Source: Christensenella sp. UBA3944 (GTDB taxonomy: Bacteria > Bacillota > Clostridia > Christensenellales > DTU072). Taken from it: a DNA stretch of 61,329 nucleotides. The stretch's first letter is position 1; every line of letters starts with the position of its first letter. The stretch spans positions 1 through 61,329 of the forward strand of contig DGDU01000005.1 in assembly GCA_002385605.1 (NCBI GenBank), written 5' to 3'. A model generated the notes under the pieces. That model worked only from the letters and a program-made list of their open reading frames with translations, was not told the DNA's origin and did not search any database. Position numbers and translations under genes: made by a program. Positions 38,460 through 46,538 of the stretch are shown here, piece by piece.

Positions 38460-39359
38460 ATGAAAAAGTACGACAGCCTGATAATAGGACACATTTCTTT
38501 GGACTACAACATCGATTATCTCGAACACCAGATAATCGAAATCGGCGGCGCGGTGATTTATTCTTCGGCGTCGGCGTACGCCCTCGGGCACAAGGTCGGC
38601 GCGATAACAAAGCTTGCCGCTAAAGATGCCGACAGGCTTGAGGCTTTGGTGATACCCAAAGAGGATATCTATCTTATAGATTCCCCCGCCTCTACCTCCA
38701 TTCGCAACAAATACTTTACCGCCGACAAGGAGCGCCGCGAGTGCAGGTGCATAAGCCGGGGCGCGCCCTTCACCCTCGCCGACATTCCCGGGGTAGAAAG
38801 CGAAATCTACCACTTCGCGGGGCTTATTTACGGCGACTACGAGGACGGGCTTATCCCCGATCTTGCCAAAAGAGGCAAGGTTGCGGTCGATGTCCAGGCG
38901 TACCTCCGCCACGCCGACAATGCCGACGGCAGGATGTATTTTGAGGACTGGAAGCAGAAAAAAGAGCTTATGCCCTACATCCACTACCTAAAGACGGACG
39001 CCGCCGAGGCCGAAATACTTACGGGGCAACCGGACAGGGTAACCGCTGCTAAGATGTTCCATGACTGGGGCGCAAAGGAAGTGGTTATCACCCACAACAC
39101 AGAGGTACTTGCGTACGACGGCAGGAATATTTATACCTGCCCCATAAGAGCCCGCAACCTCTCGGGAAGAAGCGGCAGGGGCGACACCACCTTTTCCGCC
39201 TACATCACCGAAAGAAAAATCTCCGATGTCCCCACCGCCCTGCTGTGGGCTACCGCAACGGTATCCAACAAAATGGAAAAGCCGGGCCCGTACAGGGGCA
39301 CAAGAGAAGATGTGCAAAACTACATCAACGAATTTTATAAGGATTATGCCGCTAAATAG
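38460..39359 (+). CDS. PfkB-family carbohydrate/nucleoside kinase, substrate unknown
   Basis: 299 aa with a ribokinase-like fold. It has an N-terminal GHISLD motif and a C-terminal anion-hole motif, GRSGRGDTTFSAY. It starts 21 nt after yfcC. Confidence 0.8.
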   Translation: MKKYDSLIIGHISLDYNIDYLEHQIIEIGGAVIYSSASAYALGHKVGAITKLAAKDADRLEALVIPKEDIYLIDSPASTSIRNKYFTADKERRECRCISRGAPFTLADIPGVESEIYHFAGLIYGDYEDGLIPDLAKRGKVAVDVQAYLRHADNADGRMYFEDWKQKKELMPYIHYLKTDAAEAEILTGQPDRVTAAKMFHDWGAKEVVITHNTEVLAYDGRNIYTCPIRARNLSGRSGRGDTTFSAYITERKISDVPTALLWATATVSNKMEKPGPYRGTREDVQNYINEFYKDYAAK

Positions 39360-39379
39360 CCGGCGATTTACTAAACACG

Positions 39380-39406
39380 AAGGGCTCTCCGCGGAGAGCC
39401 CTTTTT
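39380..39406. terminator. Bidirectional terminator (pfkB / ligA convergent)
   Basis: AAGGGCTCTC-CGCG-GAGAGCCCTT-TTT. Confidence 0.8.
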
Positions 39407-39429
39407 GATTGCTTAAATTCGTATGAAAG

Positions 39430-41382
39430 TTAATTGCCGTTTAGCATTTGGATAAATTCGGCTTCGCTTATTATCTTTATGTTAAGCTTTTGAGCTTTAG
39501 CCAGCTTGCTGCCCGCTTCCTCTCCAGCCACAACAAGGTTTACGGAGGAGTTTATATTGTCGGCTGTTTTGCCGCCCCTTTCGGTTACAAGCTTTTGCGC
39601 CTCGCTTCTTTTGTAATTGGTAAGCACCCCCGTAAACACAACGGTATACCCGCTGAATATGCCCTCGGTTACCGGCTCTTCCTCTGCCTCTATCTCGATA
39701 TGGCTAAGCAGATTGTCCACGAGGCGGGCGTTCTTTTCGTCCTTAAAGAAGTTTACGACATTCTCCGCCATTATACCGCCGAACTCGGGGATTTCAATTA
39801 TCTGTTCGGCTGTGGCTTCCCTTAGCGCCTCTATCGAGCGGAAGCGGTCGGCAAGCTGCTTTGCCGCCTTTTTGCCTATGGTAGGTATGCCTAAGGCGAA
39901 CACAAACCTCGAAAGCGTCGTCTTGCGGGACTTATTAATCGAGGATATGAGGTTATCCGCCTTTTTGTCTTTGAAACCCTCGAGGGCCTTAAGCTGCCCG
40001 GCGGTTATGGTGTACAGCTTGTCTACGCTGTCTATATGCAGATCGTTATAAAGCTGCTCGGCGGTTTTTTCGCTAAGCCCCTCTATGTCCATACACGCCT
40101 TTGAGGCGAAATGGTCTATCGCCGAAATGACTTTGGGCGCGCAGGCGTCGTTGGTGCAGTAATAAAAAACATTGTCCTTTCTTACGGGCGAGCCGCAAGC
40201 GGGGCAGACTATAGGGGGGAGGATTTCCTTACTGTTTTCGCCGTGCTGATACACCCCCATTATCTCGGGGATGACATCGTTGCTGCGCCTTATAAGCACC
40301 CTACTCCCTATCTTGATATCCTTCCTTTGGATATCCGAATAGTTATTTAAGGTTGCCCGTTTTACGGTTACGCCCATTAAATCAACCGGCTCGAGTATGG
40401 CTAAGGGGTTAAGCTTTGAGGTTCTGGAAACCTGCCATACAACATCCTTAAGAATGGTGGTAGTCTCCATCGCCTGGAATTTGTAGGCGAGCGCCCAGCG
40501 GGGGAACTTCTCGGTAAAGCCCAGCTCTTCCCTCAAACCCAGGTCGTTTACCTTAAACACGGCGCCGTCAATAAGGAAATCAAGCGTGGGCCTGCTTTCC
40601 TCAATTTCCTCCAAATGCTTCTCCGCCTCGGCGACATCGTCCACGACATAAAACACATCGCTTACCAGAAAGCCGTTTTGCCTTAAAAATTCGTGAATCT
40701 CTTCCTGGCTACTGAACCTTTTGCCGTCGTGGTAGCCGACATTGTAGGCAAAAAAGTCGAGGTTTCTTTCGGCGGTAACCTTGGGGTTAAGGTTTCGTAT
40801 CGCGCCCGCCACGCCGTTTCGGGGGTTTTTGAGGGGGACGGCCGCGGTCTTGTTGTATTTGTCAAATTCCGAAATCCTCATTATCCCCTCGCCCTGTACC
40901 TCGATAATGCCCGTATAGTCTATCCTGCGGGGGATGGTGCGTATCGTCTTTATCTGCTCGGTGACATCCTCGCCCACTTCGCCGTCGCCGCGGGTGGCTC
41001 CCTTTACCAGCGCGCCGTCCTTATATGTCAGCGACAGGGTGAGCCCGTCGAATTTTTGCTCGAGGGTAAGCCTCGGCGTGTACCCGAGAGCCTTTCTGAT
41101 GCGCTCGAGGAAGGCTTCGAACTCCTTAATGTTTTTTGCCTTGTCGAGAGAATATAGCCTTTCCCTGTGACGGTAAGGCGCGAACGCCTTCAGCGTCTCG
41201 CCGCCTACCCTAAGCGTGGGCGAGTCGGGATAGCGCATGCCGAACTCTGTTTCTAAAGCGACAAGCTCGTCGTAAAGCCTGTCGTATTCGTCGTCGGCGA
41301 CAATGGGGTCGTCCAGCACATAATAAGCGTAGGCGTACTTGTTGAGCAAATCGACAAGTTCCCTCATTCTCTGCATCGGCAT
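39430..41382 (-). CDS. ligA: NAD-dependent DNA ligase
   Basis: I chose ATG 41382 (SD AAAGGAG; MPMQRMRELVDLLNKYAYAYYVLD...). It has the adenylation motif KFDG, a Zn finger CPACGS...YCTNDAC, HhH repeats and a C-terminal BRCT domain. Confidence 0.95.
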   Translation of the reverse strand: MPMQRMRELVDLLNKYAYAYYVLDDPIVADDEYDRLYDELVALETEFGMRYPDSPTLRVGGETLKAFAPYRHRERLYSLDKAKNIKEFEAFLERIRKALGYTPRLTLEQKFDGLTLSLTYKDGALVKGATRGDGEVGEDVTEQIKTIRTIPRRIDYTGIIEVQGEGIMRISEFDKYNKTAAVPLKNPRNGVAGAIRNLNPKVTAERNLDFFAYNVGYHDGKRFSSQEEIHEFLRQNGFLVSDVFYVVDDVAEAEKHLEEIEESRPTLDFLIDGAVFKVNDLGLREELGFTEKFPRWALAYKFQAMETTTILKDVVWQVSRTSKLNPLAILEPVDLMGVTVKRATLNNYSDIQRKDIKIGSRVLIRRSNDVIPEIMGVYQHGENSKEILPPIVCPACGSPVRKDNVFYYCTNDACAPKVISAIDHFASKACMDIEGLSEKTAEQLYNDLHIDSVDKLYTITAGQLKALEGFKDKKADNLISSINKSRKTTLSRFVFALGIPTIGKKAAKQLADRFRSIEALREATAEQIIEIPEFGGIMAENVVNFFKDEKNARLVDNLLSHIEIEAEEEPVTEGIFSGYTVVFTGVLTNYKRSEAQKLVTERGGKTADNINSSVNLVVAGEEAGSKLAKAQKLNIKIISEAEFIQMLNGN

Positions 41383-41386
41383 ATTT

Positions 41387-43627
41387 CTACTCCTTTGGCG
41401 TAAGGGGTGCGACGGCAAGCATAAACTTTTTAGCGCCCAGTTTGGGGAACAAAACGGTTGCCTGCGTGTCCGCTCCGCTTCCCGCGATCATTATAATCGT
41501 GCCCTCGCCGTATATCTTATGTATAACCGTGCCGCCCATTCTGAACCCCGACAAATCCTTTTTGACGGGCGGGAGCGTGGGCTTTTCGGGTATTTGCGCG
41601 AAGGTTTCCCTTCTCTTTTCAATGGGCTTCGGCGGGCTGTAAGGCATATCGTCGAAATCGTTATCGTAACGCCGCCAGCCGTAATCGGGGGCGTCCCATT
41701 TGCGGCGAAGCTCCTCTATCTTGCTTTCCTGCCCGCCTTTCGCTTCTTCCATAAACCTCGAGGGGAGCATGGGCTGAACCCTGTTGAAGCGGAAGCGCTG
41801 GCGCGCCGAGCTTATATAAAGCCTTTCTTTGGCCCTGGTGACCGCCACATACATTACGCGGCGCTCTTCTTCGATATTGTCTTCGTTTTTGGACCTTTCG
41901 GAAGGGAATATACCCTCTTCGCAGCCAGCTATAAACACCACCTTGAATTCTAAGCCCTTTACCGAGTGCATCGTGGCAATCGTTATGGCGTCGTTGTCCC
42001 TTATCTCCTCCCTTTCGGGGGCAAGGCTAACCGTCTCCAGAAACTCGGCAAGCCCGGCGTTTGGGTTGTCGGCGGCGAATTCTTTAACATGCTTTATAAA
42101 TTCCACAATGTTTTGCCAGCGGTTTTCGTCCTCTTCCTTGCCCGTCGAATTGTAGGCGTACTCGAAGCCCGCTTTGTCGACGATGTACTCGGCAAGCTCG
42201 TGTATGGGCATATACCTGTTGCCGATAAGGTCGCTTATAAGCATCCTGAACTCGTTAACCTTATTCTTCGCGGCGCCTGTCAGTGCGTCGTTGGCGTTGA
42301 TGTTTAATATAACATCGATGAGGTCTACGCCCCTCATACGGGCGTACTCGCGCAGGCGGTCTATGCTCGAATCCCCTATGCCCCTTCGCGGGAAGTTGAT
42401 TATTCGGAGTATTGCCTCGGAGTCCTTAACATTGTATATCACCCGCATATAGGCGATTACATCCTGGATTTCCTTGCGGTCGAAGAACTTAAAACCGCCC
42501 AGAATCCTGTACTTCATACCTAGCCCCGAAAGCTTGCTTTCGAAGTTACGGCTTAAGGAGTTTTGCCTTATGAGAATGGCGAAATCCTTGTTGGTGTACC
42601 CCGTCCTCTTTAGCGAGCGGATGTTTTCTATAATCCACTCGGCTTCCTGGTGGTCATTGTATGCGGTGTAGTATTCTACCTTTACGCCCGAGGGCTTTAC
42701 CGTAAACAGCTCTTTTTCGTGGCGGGCCTTGTTGTTTCGTATGACATTGTTGGCGCAGTCCAGAATATTGGGCGTCGAGCGGTAGTTTTGCAGCAGCTTG
42801 TGGATTTTGGCGTTGGGATAAACCTTGTCAAAATTAAGTATGTTTTCTACCTTCGCCCCTCTCCATCCGTATATACTCTGGTCGTCGTCGCCCACGACAA
42901 AGAGGTTACCCCATTTTTCGGAGAGCATTCTGACTATGTCGAACTGCACGGAGTTTGTGTCCTGAAACTCGTCGACATGAATGTAGCGGAATCGGTTTTG
43001 GAAAAGATCCAGCACATCTGGGTGCAACTCGAAAAGCAGCTTTGTCTTGTGCAGAAGGTCGTCGAAGTCCATGGCGTTGCTTCTTTTTAACTCTTCTTCG
43101 TACTCTTCAAACACTTCATATATCTCGCTGTCGAATTTAACCAGGCCCCGTATCTGAGCGTAGTATTGCTCGGGCGAAAGCCCCTCGTTCTTGGCGGCGC
43201 TTATATGGTCTTTTACTATATCCTTAAGAGGCCCGTCGTCGAGGTGCTTTAGCCTTAGCACCTTTGCGATAAGCCTGTTGCTGTCGGACTCGTCGTATAT
43301 GGTGAAGTTTTCGGTGTAGCCAAGCCTCGTCGCGAAGCGCTTCAGTATCATCGCGCAAAGGCTGTGGAAGGTAGAAATCCAGACCTTGTTTTTGTCGCCC
43401 AGAAGCCCGTCCAGCCTTACCCGCATTTCCTCGGTGGCTTTATTGGTAAAGGTAATGGCAAGTATGTTTCGGGGGTCTACGCCGAGTTCGGACACAAGAT
43501 AGGCTACCCTGTAGGTTAGCACCCTCGTTTTGCCCGAGCCCGCTCCCGCAAGCACTAGCACCCTGCCCTCGGTGTCCTCCATGGCCTTCCTTTGGGCTTC
43601 GTTTAGCAGTGAGTAATCCAATGGCAT
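41387..43627 (-). CDS. pcrA: ATP-dependent DNA helicase PcrA (UvrD family)
   Basis: 746 aa. It carries Walker A AGAGSGKT, DEFQDTN and TIHSxKGLE-like MHSVKGLEF, and shows the conserved pcrA-ligA arrangement. Confidence 0.93.
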   Translation of the reverse strand: MPLDYSLLNEAQRKAMEDTEGRVLVLAGAGSGKTRVLTYRVAYLVSELGVDPRNILAITFTNKATEEMRVRLDGLLGDKNKVWISTFHSLCAMILKRFATRLGYTENFTIYDESDSNRLIAKVLRLKHLDDGPLKDIVKDHISAAKNEGLSPEQYYAQIRGLVKFDSEIYEVFEEYEEELKRSNAMDFDDLLHKTKLLFELHPDVLDLFQNRFRYIHVDEFQDTNSVQFDIVRMLSEKWGNLFVVGDDDQSIYGWRGAKVENILNFDKVYPNAKIHKLLQNYRSTPNILDCANNVIRNNKARHEKELFTVKPSGVKVEYYTAYNDHQEAEWIIENIRSLKRTGYTNKDFAILIRQNSLSRNFESKLSGLGMKYRILGGFKFFDRKEIQDVIAYMRVIYNVKDSEAILRIINFPRRGIGDSSIDRLREYARMRGVDLIDVILNINANDALTGAAKNKVNEFRMLISDLIGNRYMPIHELAEYIVDKAGFEYAYNSTGKEEDENRWQNIVEFIKHVKEFAADNPNAGLAEFLETVSLAPEREEIRDNDAITIATMHSVKGLEFKVVFIAGCEEGIFPSERSKNEDNIEEERRVMYVAVTRAKERLYISSARQRFRFNRVQPMLPSRFMEEAKGGQESKIEELRRKWDAPDYGWRRYDNDFDDMPYSPPKPIEKRRETFAQIPEKPTLPPVKKDLSGFRMGGTVIHKIYGEGTIIMIAGSGADTQATVLFPKLGAKKFMLAVAPLTPKE

Positions 43628-43648
43628 AAAATCCTCTGAAGTCGTAAT

Positions 43649-44632
43649 TTATTCCCAGCGCTTTGGCACAAAGTGCTCGTTAAAGGTTTTAAGCGCGAAG
43701 TTGTCTGTCATTCCCGCTATATAGTCGGTAATGTATACTTTGGGTTCTGCGGCGTTTTTCCTTATGCTTCCCGGCACAAGCAAGGGGTTTTGCTCGTAAA
43801 ACCTATACAAAAGTTCGAGCATAAGCGCCGCCCTCGTTTCCTCTGTTTTGGCGGCGGATTTGACATAAACCTTTTCGAACATGAACTCCCTGAGGTCCGC
43901 CATAGCCCGCCCGAACCTTGGGGATTGTATTATTTCAGGTTTGCCGTAGCTGGACTCGACAAGGTCTACAACAAAGGCGTTTATCCTCTGCCCCTTCTTT
44001 ACACCCAAAAGGGCGTTTATCTCCTTGGGGATATCGTCCTCTTTAAGAATGCCCGCGCGGATGGCGTCGTCGATGTCGTGGTTTAAATAGGCAATCCTGT
44101 CGGCGTAGCTTACTACCTTGCCTTCGAGCGTTGCGGGGTTGCCGTCCCATTTGTGGTTGATTATGCCGTCCCTGACCTCGAAAGTAAGGTTAAGCCCTCT
44201 TCCGTCCTCTTCCAGCACATCTACAACCCTAAGGCTTTGCTCGTTGTGGGTAAAGTGCCCCGTCATCTTGTCCAATACCCTCTCGCCCGCGTGCCCGAAG
44301 GGCGTATGCCCGAGGTCGTGACCCAAAGCGATTGCCTCGGTAAGGTCCTCGTTAAGCCTTAAAGCGCGGCTTATGGTTCTTGCTATCTGCGTAACCTCGA
44401 GGGTATGCGTAAGCCTCGTGCGGTAGTGGTCGCCGCCGGGCGTCAAAAACACCTGCGTTTTGTGCTTAAGCCTTCTGAACGCCTTGCTGTGTATGATTCT
44501 GTCGCGGTCGCGCTGATACTCGGTGCGCAAGGGGCATGGCTCGATGTACTTTTGCCGCCCTCTTGTGTTTTGCGAGCGCGCGGCGTAAGGCGACAAAAAC
44601 TCATCCTCAAACCGCAAATAATCCTCTTTCAT
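43649..44632 (-). CDS. dGTP triphosphohydrolase-like HD-domain protein
   Basis: 327 aa. It carries RLTHTLEVTQIAR, GHDLGHTPFGH and the pattern of the short Dgt-like family. Confidence 0.85.
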   Translation of the reverse strand: MKEDYLRFEDEFLSPYAARSQNTRGRQKYIEPCPLRTEYQRDRDRIIHSKAFRRLKHKTQVFLTPGGDHYRTRLTHTLEVTQIARTISRALRLNEDLTEAIALGHDLGHTPFGHAGERVLDKMTGHFTHNEQSLRVVDVLEEDGRGLNLTFEVRDGIINHKWDGNPATLEGKVVSYADRIAYLNHDIDDAIRAGILKEDDIPKEINALLGVKKGQRINAFVVDLVESSYGKPEIIQSPRFGRAMADLREFMFEKVYVKSAAKTEETRAALMLELLYRFYEQNPLLVPGSIRKNAAEPKVYITDYIAGMTDNFALKTFNEHFVPKRWE

Positions 44633-44683
44633 AACCTCTCCTTCTTACCACGGCTATTATATAATGATACCATATTTTGCCTC

Positions 44684-44722
44684 AAAATAAAAGGGCTTGC
44701 CTAAATGAAATCGGCAAGCCTT
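44684..44722 (-). terminator. Terminator downstream of kdgK
   Basis: The minus strand reads AAGGCTTGCC-loop-GGCAAGCCCTT followed by TTATTTT. Confidence 0.65.
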
Positions 44723-44764
44723 ATTAAATAGCGGTTATGTCGCGCGAGGGTATCCGCCCCGTTG

Positions 44765-45778
44765 TTATCTTGATACCCTGCCGCTTCCGTCGCCTTTGGC
44801 GAGTTTCATTACTTCGTCGGCGGATACGAGGTTAAAGTCGCCCTCGATGGTGTGCTTGAGGCAGGAAGCCGCCGTGGCGAATTCTATCGCGCTTTGCTTA
44901 TCGAAGCGGGTAAGCCCGTAGATTAGCCCCGCTGCGAAGCTGTCGCCGCCGCCCACTCTGTCCACTATGTGGATATTGTATTCCCTCGAATCGTAGAACT
45001 CTTTGCCGTCGTACAGCATGGCCGCCCAGCGGTTGTCGCTTGCCGAAATGCTGCCTCTTAAGGTTATGGCAACAAGCTTGAAGCCGAATTTTTCCACAAG
45101 CTGTCTGGCAACCGACCTGTGCCCCTCTGCGGAAACCTCGCCCTTTGTTATGTCGCCTTCAGACTTTATTCCGAATACCTTTTCGCTGTCTTCTTCGTTG
45201 GCGATAAGCACATCGACATAAGGCATGAGCCCGCCCATAACCTCGCCGGCCTTTTTGGTGTCCCACAGCGCCTTGCGGTAGTTGAGGTCGCAGGAAACGG
45301 TTATGCCTTTCTCCTTACAAACCATAAGGGCCGCTTTGGTGATTTCGGCAAGGTTATCCGAAAGCGCGGGGGTTATGCCCGTAAAGTGGAACCACTTGGC
45401 GTCCTCCAATATGTACTCCCAGGGGAAGTCCGAAGGCGAAGCCTCGGCGATTGCCGAGCCCGCCCTGTCGTATATGACTTTGGATGCGCGCTGGCTGGCG
45501 CCTTTTTCCAAAAAGTAAATGCCTACTCGGTTGCCGCCGCGGACGATGTAGCTTGTGTCCACGCCGTAGCGCCTGAGGCTGTTTACAGCCGCCTGCCCTA
45601 TCTCGTGGGCGGGAAGCTTGGTTACAAAGCATGCCTCTTCTCCGAAGCCCGCAAGCGACACGGCGACATTGGCCTCGCCGCCGCCGAAAGTGGCGCCGTA
45701 GGTGTCCGCCTGCACAAAACGCAAATAGCCCTCGGGGGCAAGCCTAAGCATCAGCTCTCCAAAAGTAAAAATCTTCAT
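44765..45778 (-). CDS. kdgK: 2-dehydro-3-deoxygluconokinase (PfkB family)
   Basis: I chose ATG 45778 (MKIFTFGELMLRL...), which overlaps the eda stop (ATGA). The protein is 337 aa and carries GGGDSFAAGLIYG. The N-terminal motif is typical of KDG kinases. Confidence 0.85.
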   Translation of the reverse strand: MKIFTFGELMLRLAPEGYLRFVQADTYGATFGGGEANVAVSLAGFGEEACFVTKLPAHEIGQAAVNSLRRYGVDTSYIVRGGNRVGIYFLEKGASQRASKVIYDRAGSAIAEASPSDFPWEYILEDAKWFHFTGITPALSDNLAEITKAALMVCKEKGITVSCDLNYRKALWDTKKAGEVMGGLMPYVDVLIANEEDSEKVFGIKSEGDITKGEVSAEGHRSVARQLVEKFGFKLVAITLRGSISASDNRWAAMLYDGKEFYDSREYNIHIVDRVGGGDSFAAGLIYGLTRFDKQSAIEFATAASCLKHTIEGDFNLVSADEVMKLAKGDGSGRVSR

Positions 45779-46404
45779 TGTCCGATATGCTCCTTGGCAT
45801 CCATGCAAAGTTTGGTTATTTCTTCGAATCTGCCCTCTCTGATGAGGCTTTCCTTTACCATCCAGCTTCCGCCGCAGGCAAAGACTTTATCGAAAGAAAG
45901 GTAATCTTTAATATTCCCCGGCCCTATGCCTCCCGTGGGCACAAACCTGATGTTGGGCAAGGCGGAGGCGATAGCCCTTATAGCGGCGAGGCCGCCGTAG
46001 CTTTCGGCAGGGAAGAATTTTATGATGTTGATGCCGTTATCCATTGCCGCCATAATTTCGGTGGGCGTCACGCAGCCGGGAAGGTACAGGATGCCGTTTT
46101 GCTTGCAGATGTCGCAAACAGCCTGCGAATACCCCGGGCTGACAATAAATTTGGCGCCGTTCTCGACGGCTTTTTTAGCCTGCCCGGCGTTTACGACCGT
46201 TCCCGCGCCTATAAGCATATCGGGGCAGTTCTTGGAGGCTAACGCAATGGCGTCGGCCCCGCAGGCCGTCCTGAAGGTTATTTCGGCGATGCCAATCCCG
46301 CCCGCCTTAAGGGCGTTCATCAGGGGAAGGGTATCCTCTATATTGCTGATTTTTACAACCGGAATTATTTTTTCTTTTGCGATAAATTCAAGCGTTTTTT
46401 CCAT
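45775..46404 (-). CDS. eda: KDPG/KHG aldolase (2-dehydro-3-deoxyphosphogluconate aldolase)
   Basis: I chose ATG 46404 (MEKTLEFIAKEKIIPVVKI...), giving 209 aa. It carries EITFRT and the Schiff-base region IKFFPAESYGG. The track's 300-aa version would overlap the upstream gene. Confidence 0.88.
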   Translation of the reverse strand: MEKTLEFIAKEKIIPVVKISNIEDTLPLMNALKAGGIGIAEITFRTACGADAIALASKNCPDMLIGAGTVVNAGQAKKAVENGAKFIVSPGYSQAVCDICKQNGILYLPGCVTPTEIMAAMDNGINIIKFFPAESYGGLAAIRAIASALPNIRFVPTGGIGPGNIKDYLSFDKVFACGGSWMVKESLIREGRFEEITKLCMDAKEHIGQ

Positions 46405-46431
46405 ACAAACCCCGCTATAATTGATGTCAAT

Positions 46432-46461
46432 ATTATACGCCTCATAAACGGACGGTGTCAA
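46432..46461 (-). promoter_or_regulatory. Sigma-A promoter for eda-kdgK
   Basis: The minus strand reads TTGACA-18 nt-TATAAT. A palindrome TTGACATCAA lies just downstream (46421-46430). Confidence 0.55.
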
Positions 46462-46538
46462 TAATACCCTTACCCAAACGGGTAATTTACATTGCCCGAT
46501 TTTATAGCAACTATATAAAATTATTAAATCGTTCCGTC

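Noticed and set aside
37302-38984. A 560-aa minus-strand ORF spanning yfcC, the intergenic gap and pfkB.
   Set aside because: It is antisense to two well-supported genes and has no SD. Its Gly/Val/Ala/Arg/His-rich composition is typical of shadow frames opposite RNY-biased codons, and it has no recognisable motifs.
20828-39406. Three terminator hairpins share the core GGCTCTC...GAGAGCC (20828, 32667, 39380). I considered whether they are a dispersed repeat family.
   Set aside because: Only about 8-10 nt are shared, the loops and flanks differ, and all sit at convergent gene ends. They are ordinary GC-rich bidirectional terminators rather than a mobile or REP-like element.
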